Source: a virus
Reading direction: 5' to 3' (one strand)
IMG/VR virus record: IMGVR_UViG_3300025310_000003
Coordinates: 1-30,778 of that record
DNA: 30,778 nt
The notes under the pieces are model-generated. The model had not been told where the DNA came from and searched no databases. It was given only the letters and a program-made list of their open reading frames with translations. Every line of letters begins with the position of its first letter. Within the stretch, counting starts at the first letter, position 1. The position numbers and the translations under genes were made by a program. Positions 1 to 7,923 of this stretch are shown here, piece by piece.

Positions 1-127
1 CCCGGTCCTCTGGAGTAAGCCATGCCCCCCCCCCGCACGCAGCCGCCATCGGACGATGACAGCACCGCCCGGTACGAACACGGCGAGGGAAGCCGGCGCG
101 GCGGGTCCAGCGGGGACATTCCCTCGG
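1..127. repeat. Terminal direct repeat, copy 1 (identical to 30652..30778); circular-closure overlap
   Basis: Bases 1-127 (cccggtcctctggagtaagccatgcccccccccc...ggggacattccctcgg) recur base for base at 30652-30778. The repeat carries the SD, the ATG and the first 35 codons of the 22..399 gene. Confidence 0.95.
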
Positions 128-399
128 CGGACATGCTTGGGCTGCTGCGTGAGGTCCTGCGGGCGCAGCGCCAGCTCCATGAGGACGTGGCGACCATCAA
201 GATCCGCCTGGAGCGTGGTAGCGTGGCGCTGGATGGCGTCTCCGAGCTGCCGAAACAGATGCAGGACCACCGGGATGCCATCGTGGAGCTGCGAACCAAG
301 ATGGCCGGCGTCCTGTGGGTTGCAGGCGTGGCCGGCGCAACCGGCATTGGCGGACTGGTGACGGCCCTCCTGGGCATCATCACCACGGGCGGTCAGTGA
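22..399 (+). CDS. Tail-anchored membrane protein: disordered N-terminus, coiled-coil-like middle, C-terminal TM segment. Possible lysis/spanin-like component.
   Basis: GGAG lies 6 nt upstream of the ATG. GC3 is high from codon 2. The C-terminus VLWVAGVAGATGIGGLVTALLGII is a hydrophobic helix. The stop overlaps the next start (TGATG). Confidence 0.7.
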   Translation: MPPPRTQPPSDDDSTARYEHGEGSRRGGSSGDIPSADMLGLLREVLRAQRQLHEDVATIKIRLERGSVALDGVSELPKQMQDHRDAIVELRTKMAGVLWVAGVAGATGIGGLVTALLGIITTGGQ

Positions 400-1130
400 T
401 GCGCGCCGCAGCCATCCTGGTTGCCCTGGCTGCCGTGTCTTTGGGCGGGTGCGTCCGTATGACGGATGGCCAAGCGGCGCAGGCTGCCCAGGCCAAGGCC
501 AACATGGCAGCCGCCGGGGCCATCGACAAGGCGGCGCCGACTGCGGAAGATCCTGGGGCCTATCGGCATGCTGCGGCCGTGCTGCGGGAGGCAGCCCTGG
601 CCCGTATGTCCGCCGCCATGGCCAACCTGGACTTGCCAGCGCCTGAAACCGGCCCGGACATCCTGGCCCCGGCCGGCGTCCCGGCTGCGCCCGCGATCAC
701 GGCGGAATCGCACGCAGCTGCGGTGGCGGCTAGCGATCCACCGTCCGGCATGCTCGGGATGGTCCTGGGCTGCATCGGCGGTGTGGGACTGCTGGCCGTG
801 GGCGTCCTGCGGCATAGCCCCGGTGCCTTCGGCCTGTTGGCCAACCTGGCCCACACCGTCATGGCCCCCAAGGCCACCAAGGACATGCGTGCCGCCCAGG
901 CCAAGGCTGCGGACATCGCGGATCAGGCCATCGCCTATGGACATGCCGTGACAGCCACCGCAGTAGCCCATGGATTAGGCGACAAGGTGGAGGCCGTGAA
1001 GGCGCAGGCCGCGCAGATCCAGGACCGCCTGGGCATCCGCGACCACGTGGCCGTCATCCTGGCCAAGCACAAGGCGGGCGGTTCTGGCATCCGTCCAGCC
1101 ATCCCGGCGCCGCCCAGCCCCCCGACCTGA
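399..1130 (+). CDS. Lipoprotein (lipobox LGGC) with an additional internal TM helix
   Basis: The in-frame ATG at 399 overlaps the upstream TGA. The N-terminus MRAAAILVALAAVSLGGC is a classical signal peptidase II signal. The internal segment MLGMVLGCIGGVGLLAVGVL is hydrophobic. The protein is Ala/Pro-rich. Confidence 0.7.
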   Translation: MRAAAILVALAAVSLGGCVRMTDGQAAQAAQAKANMAAAGAIDKAAPTAEDPGAYRHAAAVLREAALARMSAAMANLDLPAPETGPDILAPAGVPAAPAITAESHAAAVAASDPPSGMLGMVLGCIGGVGLLAVGVLRHSPGAFGLLANLAHTVMAPKATKDMRAAQAKAADIADQAIAYGHAVTATAVAHGLGDKVEAVKAQAAQIQDRLGIRDHVAVILAKHKAGGSGIRPAIPAPPSPPT

Positions 1131-1144
1131 ACGAGCTGCCCCCC

Positions 1145-1912
1145 ATGCCCACCTGGAACAATTTCGGCGCCACGGAGGCCATGGCTCTGCGGCGCTTTGC
1201 CCTGTCTGGCTATGTCCCCACCGCCGCAGATTTCGGCGGAACGGACGCGGTGGCGGACGCCCTGGCCGATGCCGCAGGGGAAATCATCCAGGCCATGCCG
1301 TCCGCCCGCTTGGCGGAATTGCAGCACCCGGAATTCCTGGTGGTGGTGAATCGGGCTGCGGACGGACAGTCCGCCTTCACGATCCCGGCGGGATGGCGCC
1401 CCATGGTGGCCGGGTCGCTGCATGTGTGGCGCGGGCAGCCGCAGGCATTCGTGTCTCGCCCGATCTACCGCACCAATCCCTGGGGAGCAGGCGGCGACAT
1501 GCCGCTGCCGGTGCCGACCCCGACGCCGCCCGGCGCGGCCATGGAATTGGAGGAAAGCCGATTCAGCGTCGGCGGGGATGGATACACCGTGACCCTCGAC
1601 GCGCCGCTGGCGCGCAATGATCAGGTGGTGGTAGCGTTGGACGTGGACGTGGCGTCCGCGTCCTACACCATCCCCAGCCTGGCCGGCGTGGTCGCCACTG
1701 GCGCCGCCGCCGCCCTGGGAGCCAAGGTCTATCCGCAGGCATCAGCGGAATGGATCCTGGTGGATCGCCTGGCGCAGCAGTTTGCGGACCACGTGGCAGG
1801 CATCGCGCGCGGCGCCATCGTCCCAGCGGAAGTCCGCTCCGCCGTGTGGTGGAAGGCCCCAGATACGACGGAGTCCATGAGCATGTCCTCTGTCCGCATG
1901 TATCGAGGCTGA
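1145..1912 (+). CDS. Hypothetical virion protein (possible head-tail connector/adaptor)
   Basis: 255-aa ORF in the co-directional structural operon with high GC3. Its stop overlaps the next start. No diagnostic motif recognised. Confidence 0.6.
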   Translation: MPTWNNFGATEAMALRRFALSGYVPTAADFGGTDAVADALADAAGEIIQAMPSARLAELQHPEFLVVVNRAADGQSAFTIPAGWRPMVAGSLHVWRGQPQAFVSRPIYRTNPWGAGGDMPLPVPTPTPPGAAMELEESRFSVGGDGYTVTLDAPLARNDQVVVALDVDVASASYTIPSLAGVVATGAAAALGAKVYPQASAEWILVDRLAQQFADHVAGIARGAIVPAEVRSAVWWKAPDTTESMSMSSVRMYRG

Positions 1913-2553
1913 TGGTGGACCCGTCGGCCCGTCAGGCGTCTCTGGTAGCCCAGGGCAACGCCGTGGCAGCTCAGGCAGCGGACCGCGTGGCCGTGATCAT
2001 GGGCGCCAGTCTGACCGGCGCCGCGCAGGCCGCCGTGGCTGCGACCAAGGGCGATTCTGGCGCTGGGCTGGATGAGGCGTCTGCGGACATGGCTGCCGCC
2101 CGCGCAGCCATGGCCACCATGGCCACGGATACGGAGGCAGCCCTGGCAGCCACGGCAACCCTGGCAGCCCTGGTCGCCATGGTGTCTGGTTGGCATGGGG
2201 AAATCGCCCTGGCCAACCAGGAATTGCCAGATGGCCTGGATATCGTGGCGGACGTAGCGGGGAACCAGCTCGTGGATGCCATGCGGTCCTGGCCCATCGT
2301 TGGCCACACGGCAGAGGAATGGGGTGCCAACCTGGCACGGTCCTGGCGCTTCCAGGCGGACGGCTTGGTAGGCAATGCCGCCGCCACCGGCACAGACGCG
2401 CATCTCGTAGCGGATTTTCTGGACCTTGCCCGGCGCACCCAGGACAACGCCAAGACCTTGGCTGTGGAGGCGTTCCACGCGGGGGCCGGGGCCGCTCGTG
2501 CCGCTATTCCTGCGGCACTGGAGCGTCTGATGGCAGGCGGCATCCATGGCTGA
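1912..2553 (+). CDS. Hypothetical Ala-rich virion protein
   Basis: The in-frame ATG at 1912 overlaps the TGA of the upstream gene (TGATG). The 213-aa ORF ends 8 nt inside the MuF gene. Confidence 0.6.
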   Translation: MVDPSARQASLVAQGNAVAAQAADRVAVIMGASLTGAAQAAVAATKGDSGAGLDEASADMAAARAAMATMATDTEAALAATATLAALVAMVSGWHGEIALANQELPDGLDIVADVAGNQLVDAMRSWPIVGHTAEEWGANLARSWRFQADGLVGNAAATGTDAHLVADFLDLARRTQDNAKTLAVEAFHAGAGAARAAIPAALERLMAGGIHG

Positions 2554-4600
2554 TCCGATCACCCTGACCATCTCCGTCTCCGACCTGGCGGCATCGTTGG
2601 CGAAACAGGACGCCGCTGCACTGGCAACCGGCGCCCTGGACCGGACGCAGGTGTGGTATGAATTCCTGACCCAGGAGGACACCAGGGTCAGGCCCAGCCA
2701 TCGCGCCCTCCATGGGACCGTGTGGCGCAGCGGCGACCCCAACGCACCCGTGCCGCCCCTCGACTACGGATGCCGGTGCTTCATCCGCTATGTGGCGGCG
2801 CCGGGATCGGAGGCTGCCAACATCCTGCCCACAGCGCCGTCCGCGCCGACCACCCAGGCGGAGGCCATAGGTACGTTCCTGGACAAGGATCCGACCCTCA
2901 CAGCCGCAGGCATCGATTGGCGGAAGCTGGCTGCCCAAGCGGATGCGCTGGACCGTGCCGACCGGGAGCGGTTCCTGGCCATGTCCATCGCCAAGGCTGC
3001 TGACATGCCCATGGGGCACGCGCGGGAGGTGGCGCGGATGATCCTGTCCCAGGGCCAAGCCCGCGCCCTCCGCGCCCCGCCGCTGTCGGCGGAGGAGGCC
3101 GCCGCCAAGGCCACGCAGCACGCGGACGCCTGGCCAGTCGTGGACGCCCAGGCCGTCCAGGCCGCAGCCCAGGCCGCAGCCCAGGCCGCAGCCCAGGACG
3201 CCGTGCAGGCGTCCGCCACGGTGAAGGCCAAGGCCAAGGCCATCATGGAGGCTGCCGCCTCCGGGACGTCTCTGGCGCTGGACAAGCCCCTGGCCCTGCC
3301 GGGCGTATTGGGCTGGATCGCAACGAACAAAACCAGCATCCAGACCACCACACGCACGGCATCGCCGGCCGACCTGGCTGGCATGATTCCCACGGTGTCG
3401 AGCCTGGACGGCGCCGACCTGTCCGCTGGCATCACCGGCACGGCCACCACACAGACACCCGTCGTGGCGGTGGAACTGCCGGGCGGAACCTTCATCGTTT
3501 CGGGCCACACCACGGCCATGGTGGCCCTGGCCACGGGGACGTCTGTCCCCGTCACCATCTACACGGCGGCTGCCATCGCCCAGGCCCAAGCCGTTGCAGC
3601 GGCGGCACGGCAGGCCGCTGCCCAGGCTGCCAAGGCCACAGCCGTTGCCCAGGCACAGGCGCAGGCGCAGGCCGCGGCGGCGGTGTCCAAGGCCATGGGC
3701 GGCCCGGACCTTCCGCCTGTCCCGGCGACCATTCCACCCACGGGGAAGATTCCCACGGCGCCGCACAAGCCCTGGGACAAGCCGCAGCCATCCGATCCTG
3801 GCGCCCTGGCATCCTGGAAGGCCAGCCACGTGTCCATCCAGACCCAGGAGCTGCTGGCGACCCTGCGCCCCCAGACCCAGCCGGACCTGGCCGGGAAGCC
3901 GGGTCGCCCGATCACGGCGGACCACGTGGAAGCCATGGTGAGGGATCCAGCCACGCCAGGCGGAACCTTCAGCCGGGACATCTACCGCAGCGACGTGAAG
4001 ATGCGCCAGGCCGACGAGTCTGCGGCCATCATGGACGGCGAGGCCACCACCGAAGAGCGGATGGGCATACGGAAGTTTACCCGCTATTGGGACTTCATCA
4101 TGCGCCGGGTAGACATGGGGGACACTGACGAACAGTTGGCGGCGCATCTGCGCTACCACAAGCCCGGCGACGATGCATCCGATATTCCAGACCTGATCAC
4201 CAAGGCCCGCACATATCACGCGGCGGCATATGCTGCCATGGCCCGCATTCCAGCTCGCCGCTATGAATACCTGTATCGTGGTCACAGGAACCTGACCGCA
4301 GCGGCGGTGGCATCCGTGTTGGGGGCGACAGAACTCGATTTCGGCTCCCTGTCATCGGCCACCACAAACCCGCGCACTGCCGTTGGGTTTGCGAGCGCCA
4401 CGGGCGGGCGCCACGCCATGATATTCCGCATGAAAAACGCTTCCGGACTGCCGATTTCGGCAGTATCGCAGTATCCAGACGAGGATGAGGTTCTCATCTC
4501 CCGCCAGCACCGATACCGTATCACCGGATACGCCCTGGATACAACCGCCTCGGCGCAGGCGCCACGGTGGATCGTAGACCTGGAGCAGATGCACCCATGA
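2546..4600 (+). CDS. MuF / SPP1 gp7-like minor head protein fused to a C-terminal ADP-ribosyltransferase (R-S-E type) toxin domain
   Basis: N-terminus: QEDTRVRPSHRALHGTVW...PLDYGCRCF matches the Phage_Mu_F signature (R.sH..l.G ... nCRC). C-terminus: YLYRG (Arg, cgt at 4276-4278), FGSLSSATT (STS-like, about 4340-4366) and PDEDEVLISR (E-x-E, gag gat gag at 4481-4489). The middle of the protein consists of low-complexity AQAA linkers. Confidence 0.85.
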   Translation: MADPITLTISVSDLAASLAKQDAAALATGALDRTQVWYEFLTQEDTRVRPSHRALHGTVWRSGDPNAPVPPLDYGCRCFIRYVAAPGSEAANILPTAPSAPTTQAEAIGTFLDKDPTLTAAGIDWRKLAAQADALDRADRERFLAMSIAKAADMPMGHAREVARMILSQGQARALRAPPLSAEEAAAKATQHADAWPVVDAQAVQAAAQAAAQAAAQDAVQASATVKAKAKAIMEAAASGTSLALDKPLALPGVLGWIATNKTSIQTTTRTASPADLAGMIPTVSSLDGADLSAGITGTATTQTPVVAVELPGGTFIVSGHTTAMVALATGTSVPVTIYTAAAIAQAQAVAAAARQAAAQAAKATAVAQAQAQAQAAAAVSKAMGGPDLPPVPATIPPTGKIPTAPHKPWDKPQPSDPGALASWKASHVSIQTQELLATLRPQTQPDLAGKPGRPITADHVEAMVRDPATPGGTFSRDIYRSDVKMRQADESAAIMDGEATTEERMGIRKFTRYWDFIMRRVDMGDTDEQLAAHLRYHKPGDDASDIPDLITKARTYHAAAYAAMARIPARRYEYLYRGHRNLTAAAVASVLGATELDFGSLSSATTNPRTAVGFASATGGRHAMIFRMKNASGLPISAVSQYPDEDEVLISRQHRYRITGYALDTTASAQAPRWIVDLEQMHP
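3147..3196 (+). repeat. 12-bp tandem repeat (gccgcagcccag x3, plus degenerate flanks) encoding an (AAQA)n linker inside the MuF gene
   Basis: Read directly: gcccaggccgtccag gccgcagcccag gccgcagcccag gccgcagcccag gac. Confidence 0.8.
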
Positions 4601-4779
4601 ACACCAGCTCGTCCGCCGATGCATGGGAGGCGGACATCCCACCGCCGTCCGCAGACACCACGCCGCCGCCCGTCCCTGCGGGGAAGCGGCGGCCGGCACA
4701 TGAGGCCGACCAATATACGGTCCGCCGTATCCGCCTGACGCCGCTGCCGGATGGCACCATCCACGCATCCCTGGAATAG
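4597..4779 (+). CDS. Small Pro-rich protein directly downstream of the ART toxin domain (candidate cognate immunity/partner; function unknown)
   Basis: The ATG overlaps the MuF stop (ATGA). 60 aa with high GC3. It ends 2 nt before the next gene. Confidence 0.5.
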   Translation: MNTSSSADAWEADIPPPSADTTPPPVPAGKRRPAHEADQYTVRRIRLTPLPDGTIHASLE

Positions 4780-4781
4780 CC

Positions 4782-5345
4782 ATGTCCGGCAAGGATCTAT
4801 CGGGGCTGGCGCGGATCGCAGGCGCGCGCAACATCCTGGCCATGGCCGTCATGGCAGGCTGCCGAGAATATGCCAACGGCGGATACCGTGGGCGCCCCAT
4901 CGTGGCGTCTCATTTCACCAGCGGCAACGCAGGGCGCTACGGATGGCCCCCCCTGTCAGCCGGGTACGGGGCATGGAAGGCTGGGGCGACCAAGGACATA
5001 CAGAACACCATGCGCGCCGCCGGCCGGTCTGTCCCCCGTGGGAAGGCCCTGCCCATGTTGGTGTTGACCGGCGCTCTGCGGGACGCGATCACGGCCGGCC
5101 AGGCGCGGGTGGTCAGGACCGGTCCTGAAACCGTGACCATGACGTGGGACGGCCTCCCGGACTATGCTGTCTATCTCCACGAAGGCACGCCCACGATGCC
5201 CAAGCGGTCCCCGGTGGAACCCAACGCTGCGGACCGCCAGGCCATCATCGATGCGGCAAACCGCTACCTCACGCAAGCCGTGGGGACCGGCGGCGCCGTC
5301 CCTGTGACCACGGCTGCCGTCCCCAACCGGGCGCGGGTCGGATAG
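4782..5345 (+). CDS. HK97 gp10-like head-tail joining / tail-completion protein
   Basis: LTGALRDAI ... YAVYLHEGTPTMPKRSP resembles the HK97 gp10 family signature (tG.L..si ... YA.y.E.Gt ... P). It sits just upstream of the tube gene. Confidence 0.6.
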   Translation: MSGKDLSGLARIAGARNILAMAVMAGCREYANGGYRGRPIVASHFTSGNAGRYGWPPLSAGYGAWKAGATKDIQNTMRAAGRSVPRGKALPMLVLTGALRDAITAGQARVVRTGPETVTMTWDGLPDYAVYLHEGTPTMPKRSPVEPNAADRQAIIDAANRYLTQAVGTGGAVPVTTAAVPNRARVG

Positions 5346-5408
5346 GCCCGCGCCACTTCCGGCCACCGGGCCATCCGCTAGGATTGGCCACCACCCAAGG
5401 ACCACACC

Positions 5409-5810
5409 ATGGCAGCCCCCACCGTCCACCTGCTGAACTCAGCCACCTTCACCCCGCCCAGCCCAGGCTCGCCCATCGTGTTTGCGGACGCTCAGTCCGC
5501 CAGCATCGATGAGGGCGGCCAGGTGTCGGAATACACCAGCGCTGCTGCCACCGATGTGCAGCTGATCGCCGTGGACCGCATCGCGGCCACCGTCACGCTG
5601 ACCCTCCTGTCGTACCTGGATGCGCCCGCCGTTGGCGATCCCGGAAGCCTGTCCATCGAACTGAAGGCGCGGGCCGAGGGCAAGGGGACCGCAGGCGCGG
5701 CCGTCACGAAAACGTGGGGCAAGGCCGTCTGCACCGGCAAGGGCCTCGGCCCCGTGATCGAAGGGACCCCCAGCTACACCATCACGTTCCGCTGCCACGC
5801 GGCCCCGTGA
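5409..5810 (+). CDS. Major tail (tube) protein, small TP901-1/GTA-like size class
   Basis: 133 aa and beta-rich. AGGA SD 8 nt upstream. It sits immediately before the chaperone and tape-measure genes. Confidence 0.6.
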   Translation: MAAPTVHLLNSATFTPPSPGSPIVFADAQSASIDEGGQVSEYTSAAATDVQLIAVDRIAATVTLTLLSYLDAPAVGDPGSLSIELKARAEGKGTAGAAVTKTWGKAVCTGKGLGPVIEGTPSYTITFRCHAAP

Positions 5811-5812
5811 CG

Positions 5813-6316
5813 ATGGACCAAGCCACGTTGGACGCCCGGCGGCATAGGTCGCCGGAGCCGGAAGCCCATGCTGTCGCACTGCCGGTCGCTGGACTGGTGC
5901 TGTATGTGGTTCCGTGTCAATTCACGCCCGCAGATGCCATGGCCGGGACCCTGACGGAGTACCAAGCGGCCGTAGACAAGCTGGCCGAGCAATGGCGCCG
6001 CGCCGACCTGTTCAAGTCCAAGGTGGACGGGACGGCCCTGGCGGACGTCGCATGGGGCGCGGTGGCAACCGCCTACGACCTGACCCGCGAAGAACTGGAA
6101 TGCTTGGTGGCGGGCGAGGGGGACAAGGCCGCAGACTTGGTGGTGTCGCTGGCGGCTGCCGCCTGTGGGCGCATGCCCAGTGTGCTCCGGACGCGCCGCC
6201 GCCGAGCCTTGTGGGCGTGCATGATCGGCCTGTCATCCGTCGCCATAACCCCCGACGAAATGGCCATCCTGGCCGATTGGGCAGAGAACACCGGCAACGC
6301 CCCCCGTGGAGGCTGA
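5813..6316 (+). CDS. Tail assembly chaperone (by position)
   Basis: 167-aa ORF between the tube and tape-measure genes. The ATG lies 3 nt after the upstream stop. Confidence 0.5.
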   Translation: MDQATLDARRHRSPEPEAHAVALPVAGLVLYVVPCQFTPADAMAGTLTEYQAAVDKLAEQWRRADLFKSKVDGTALADVAWGAVATAYDLTREELECLVAGEGDKAADLVVSLAAAACGRMPSVLRTRRRRALWACMIGLSSVAITPDEMAILADWAENTGNAPRGG

Positions 6317-6318
6317 CC

Positions 6319-7560
6319 ATGTCATCCCTGACCGTCACGGTGTCGATGCCAGGCGCCACCCAGGCCACCCAGCAGATGACGGCCCTGGATGCTGCGGCCA
6401 CCAAGGGCGCGGCCAGCATGGACCGAGCCGCAGTGGCAGTCCAGCGGGCAGGTGTAGCGGCCAAGGCTGGCGGTGACGCTTGGGACGCCCTGGCGCACAA
6501 GATGCGGGCCGGGGAATTCCTCCGCAATGCCACAGCGTCATTCGCCCTTATGTCCACGGCCGGCGCCACCGCCACGGACAAAATCGCAGCCCTGGGCGCC
6601 AGCCTGTCCAGCCTGCCCGGCCCGGTGGGCGCCGCCGCCGCTGGTATGACCATCGCGGCAACCGCCTTCGGGATCTTCTCCAAGGCCGCAGACACGGCGG
6701 TAGAATCCGCCAACGCCGCCGCAGCCGCCCTGAAACAGGTTCAGGCCGCCAGATCGGATGCGCTGGTGGCCCTGGGCGGGAGGATTTCCGGCGCAGCCGG
6801 ATCCATCGGCCAGGACATGCGTGCTGCGTTCTCGTCCGGATTCGATGAAGATCAGCGCCGCCGCTTGGCGAGCCTGACGCCCGGCAATCCGTCCGCCAGC
6901 TACGCCAACGCCGTGGCCCTGTCCCGCTCCGGGCTGGACCAGGACGGACAGGCCCAGGTGGAAAAGACCCTGGCCGACGCCCGCGCCGCTGGCTACGACA
7001 TCACCGACACGGTGGTTGCCAACGCCATCGCCAGCGTGCAAGCGCGGGCAGCAGCGATGGCGCCCCTGGACAGCATGGAAGCCGCTCGCATCAGGCTGGC
7101 CCGGCGCCAGTACGCGGAGCGTGGCGGTGGCATATTCGGCCCCAACGCCCCGAGCATCCGGCCGGGCATGGAGATGGACACCAGCGCTACCCGTGTGGCA
7201 GAGGCTGTGGCCGGACCCAACGCAGGCGCGGACGCATTCATGGAAGCCCAGCGCCGGGCGCTGGGGAGTCGGTCTGGCGCGGCCCGCGCCATAGACGCCA
7301 TACTCCGCGACGCAGAGGCCGTGTCCGTTCAGGCTGGCCAAAACACCATCGATATGGCAACCGGCGCCGGCCGCACCATCGGCGCCGAAGCGATTCGGGA
7401 AAGCCTGTCCAAGAATGTGGATGGCATGGCCAGTCTGGAAGCAAGCATCCGGCGCCTGGACCAAAGCATCCGGGATGCACAGTCGGAGGCCCAGCGGACG
7501 GCCGACAGGGCCAGCGCCGGCTGGGTGCAAGCGCTGTCGAGCAACCCACGGATGTACTGA
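6319..7560 (+). CDS. Tape measure protein (413 aa, short)
   Basis: Ala-rich helical protein with a hydrophobic segment (LPGPVGAAAAGMTIAATAFGIF). It is in the canonical position. The ATG at 6319 lies 3 nt after the chaperone stop. The longer ORF starting at 5914 is an in-frame upstream extension that overlaps the chaperone gene. Confidence 0.65.
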   Translation: MSSLTVTVSMPGATQATQQMTALDAAATKGAASMDRAAVAVQRAGVAAKAGGDAWDALAHKMRAGEFLRNATASFALMSTAGATATDKIAALGASLSSLPGPVGAAAAGMTIAATAFGIFSKAADTAVESANAAAAALKQVQAARSDALVALGGRISGAAGSIGQDMRAAFSSGFDEDQRRRLASLTPGNPSASYANAVALSRSGLDQDGQAQVEKTLADARAAGYDITDTVVANAIASVQARAAAMAPLDSMEAARIRLARRQYAERGGGIFGPNAPSIRPGMEMDTSATRVAEAVAGPNAGADAFMEAQRRALGSRSGAARAIDAILRDAEAVSVQAGQNTIDMATGAGRTIGAEAIRESLSKNVDGMASLEASIRRLDQSIRDAQSEAQRTADRASAGWVQALSSNPRMY

Positions 7561-7563
7561 CCC

Positions 7564-7923
7564 ATGGCCCTGGAAACCATCGGAGCGTGGTCCGCTGCGT
7601 GTCATGGGACGCTGGTGCCGGCGGTCGGCGTGATGATCTACCCCCAGCCACCCCCGAACCCGCCGGTCATCTACACGGGCCAGGCGCGGCCCGTGCCGTC
7701 CATCATCGAGAGCGCAACGCCGTGCGCCGATGAAGCGGAGGCTTTGGCCGTGGCCCTGGCACAGATGGCCAGCATCGGTCAGGTCCTGACCTTCCGTGGC
7801 GTCGCGTGCATGGTGGCGGACTGCCAGGCCGACCACCGGGCCGCGCATACCAGCTTGGCCGGCGGAGGTGTGGCCACCGCCCGGTGGACCCTGCTGGCCC
7901 AACTGAATTGGGTACCGACATGA
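7564..7923 (+). CDS. Minor tail protein (distal tail, by position)
   Basis: 119-aa ORF immediately after the tape measure. Its stop overlaps the next start (ATGA). Confidence 0.5.
   Translation: MALETIGAWSAACHGTLVPAVGVMIYPQPPPNPPVIYTGQARPVPSIIESATPCADEAEALAVALAQMASIGQVLTFRGVACMVADCQADHRAAHTSLAGGGVATARWTLLAQLNWVPT

Noticed and set aside
2504-4285. Very long antisense ORFs opposite structural genes (this one at 593 aa, plus 1729..2742, 6538..8004, 10385..12265, 19549..20766 and others)
   Set aside because: They are Arg/Gly/Pro-rich with no motifs and lie exactly opposite well-supported genes. Such shadow ORFs are expected by chance in DNA of about two-thirds G+C because stop codons are rare. 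The sense-strand genes carry the GC3 bias, RBSs and recognisable domains.
5914-6318. Upstream extension of the tape-measure ORF, and a possible -1 G/GT-type frameshift from the chaperone gene
   Set aside because: The extension is Arg/Gly-rich and overlaps the chaperone gene. A -1 shift would fuse the chaperone to the tape measure itself rather than to a short T extension. I saw no canonical slippery heptamer. ATG 6319, directly after the chaperone stop, is the sensible start.
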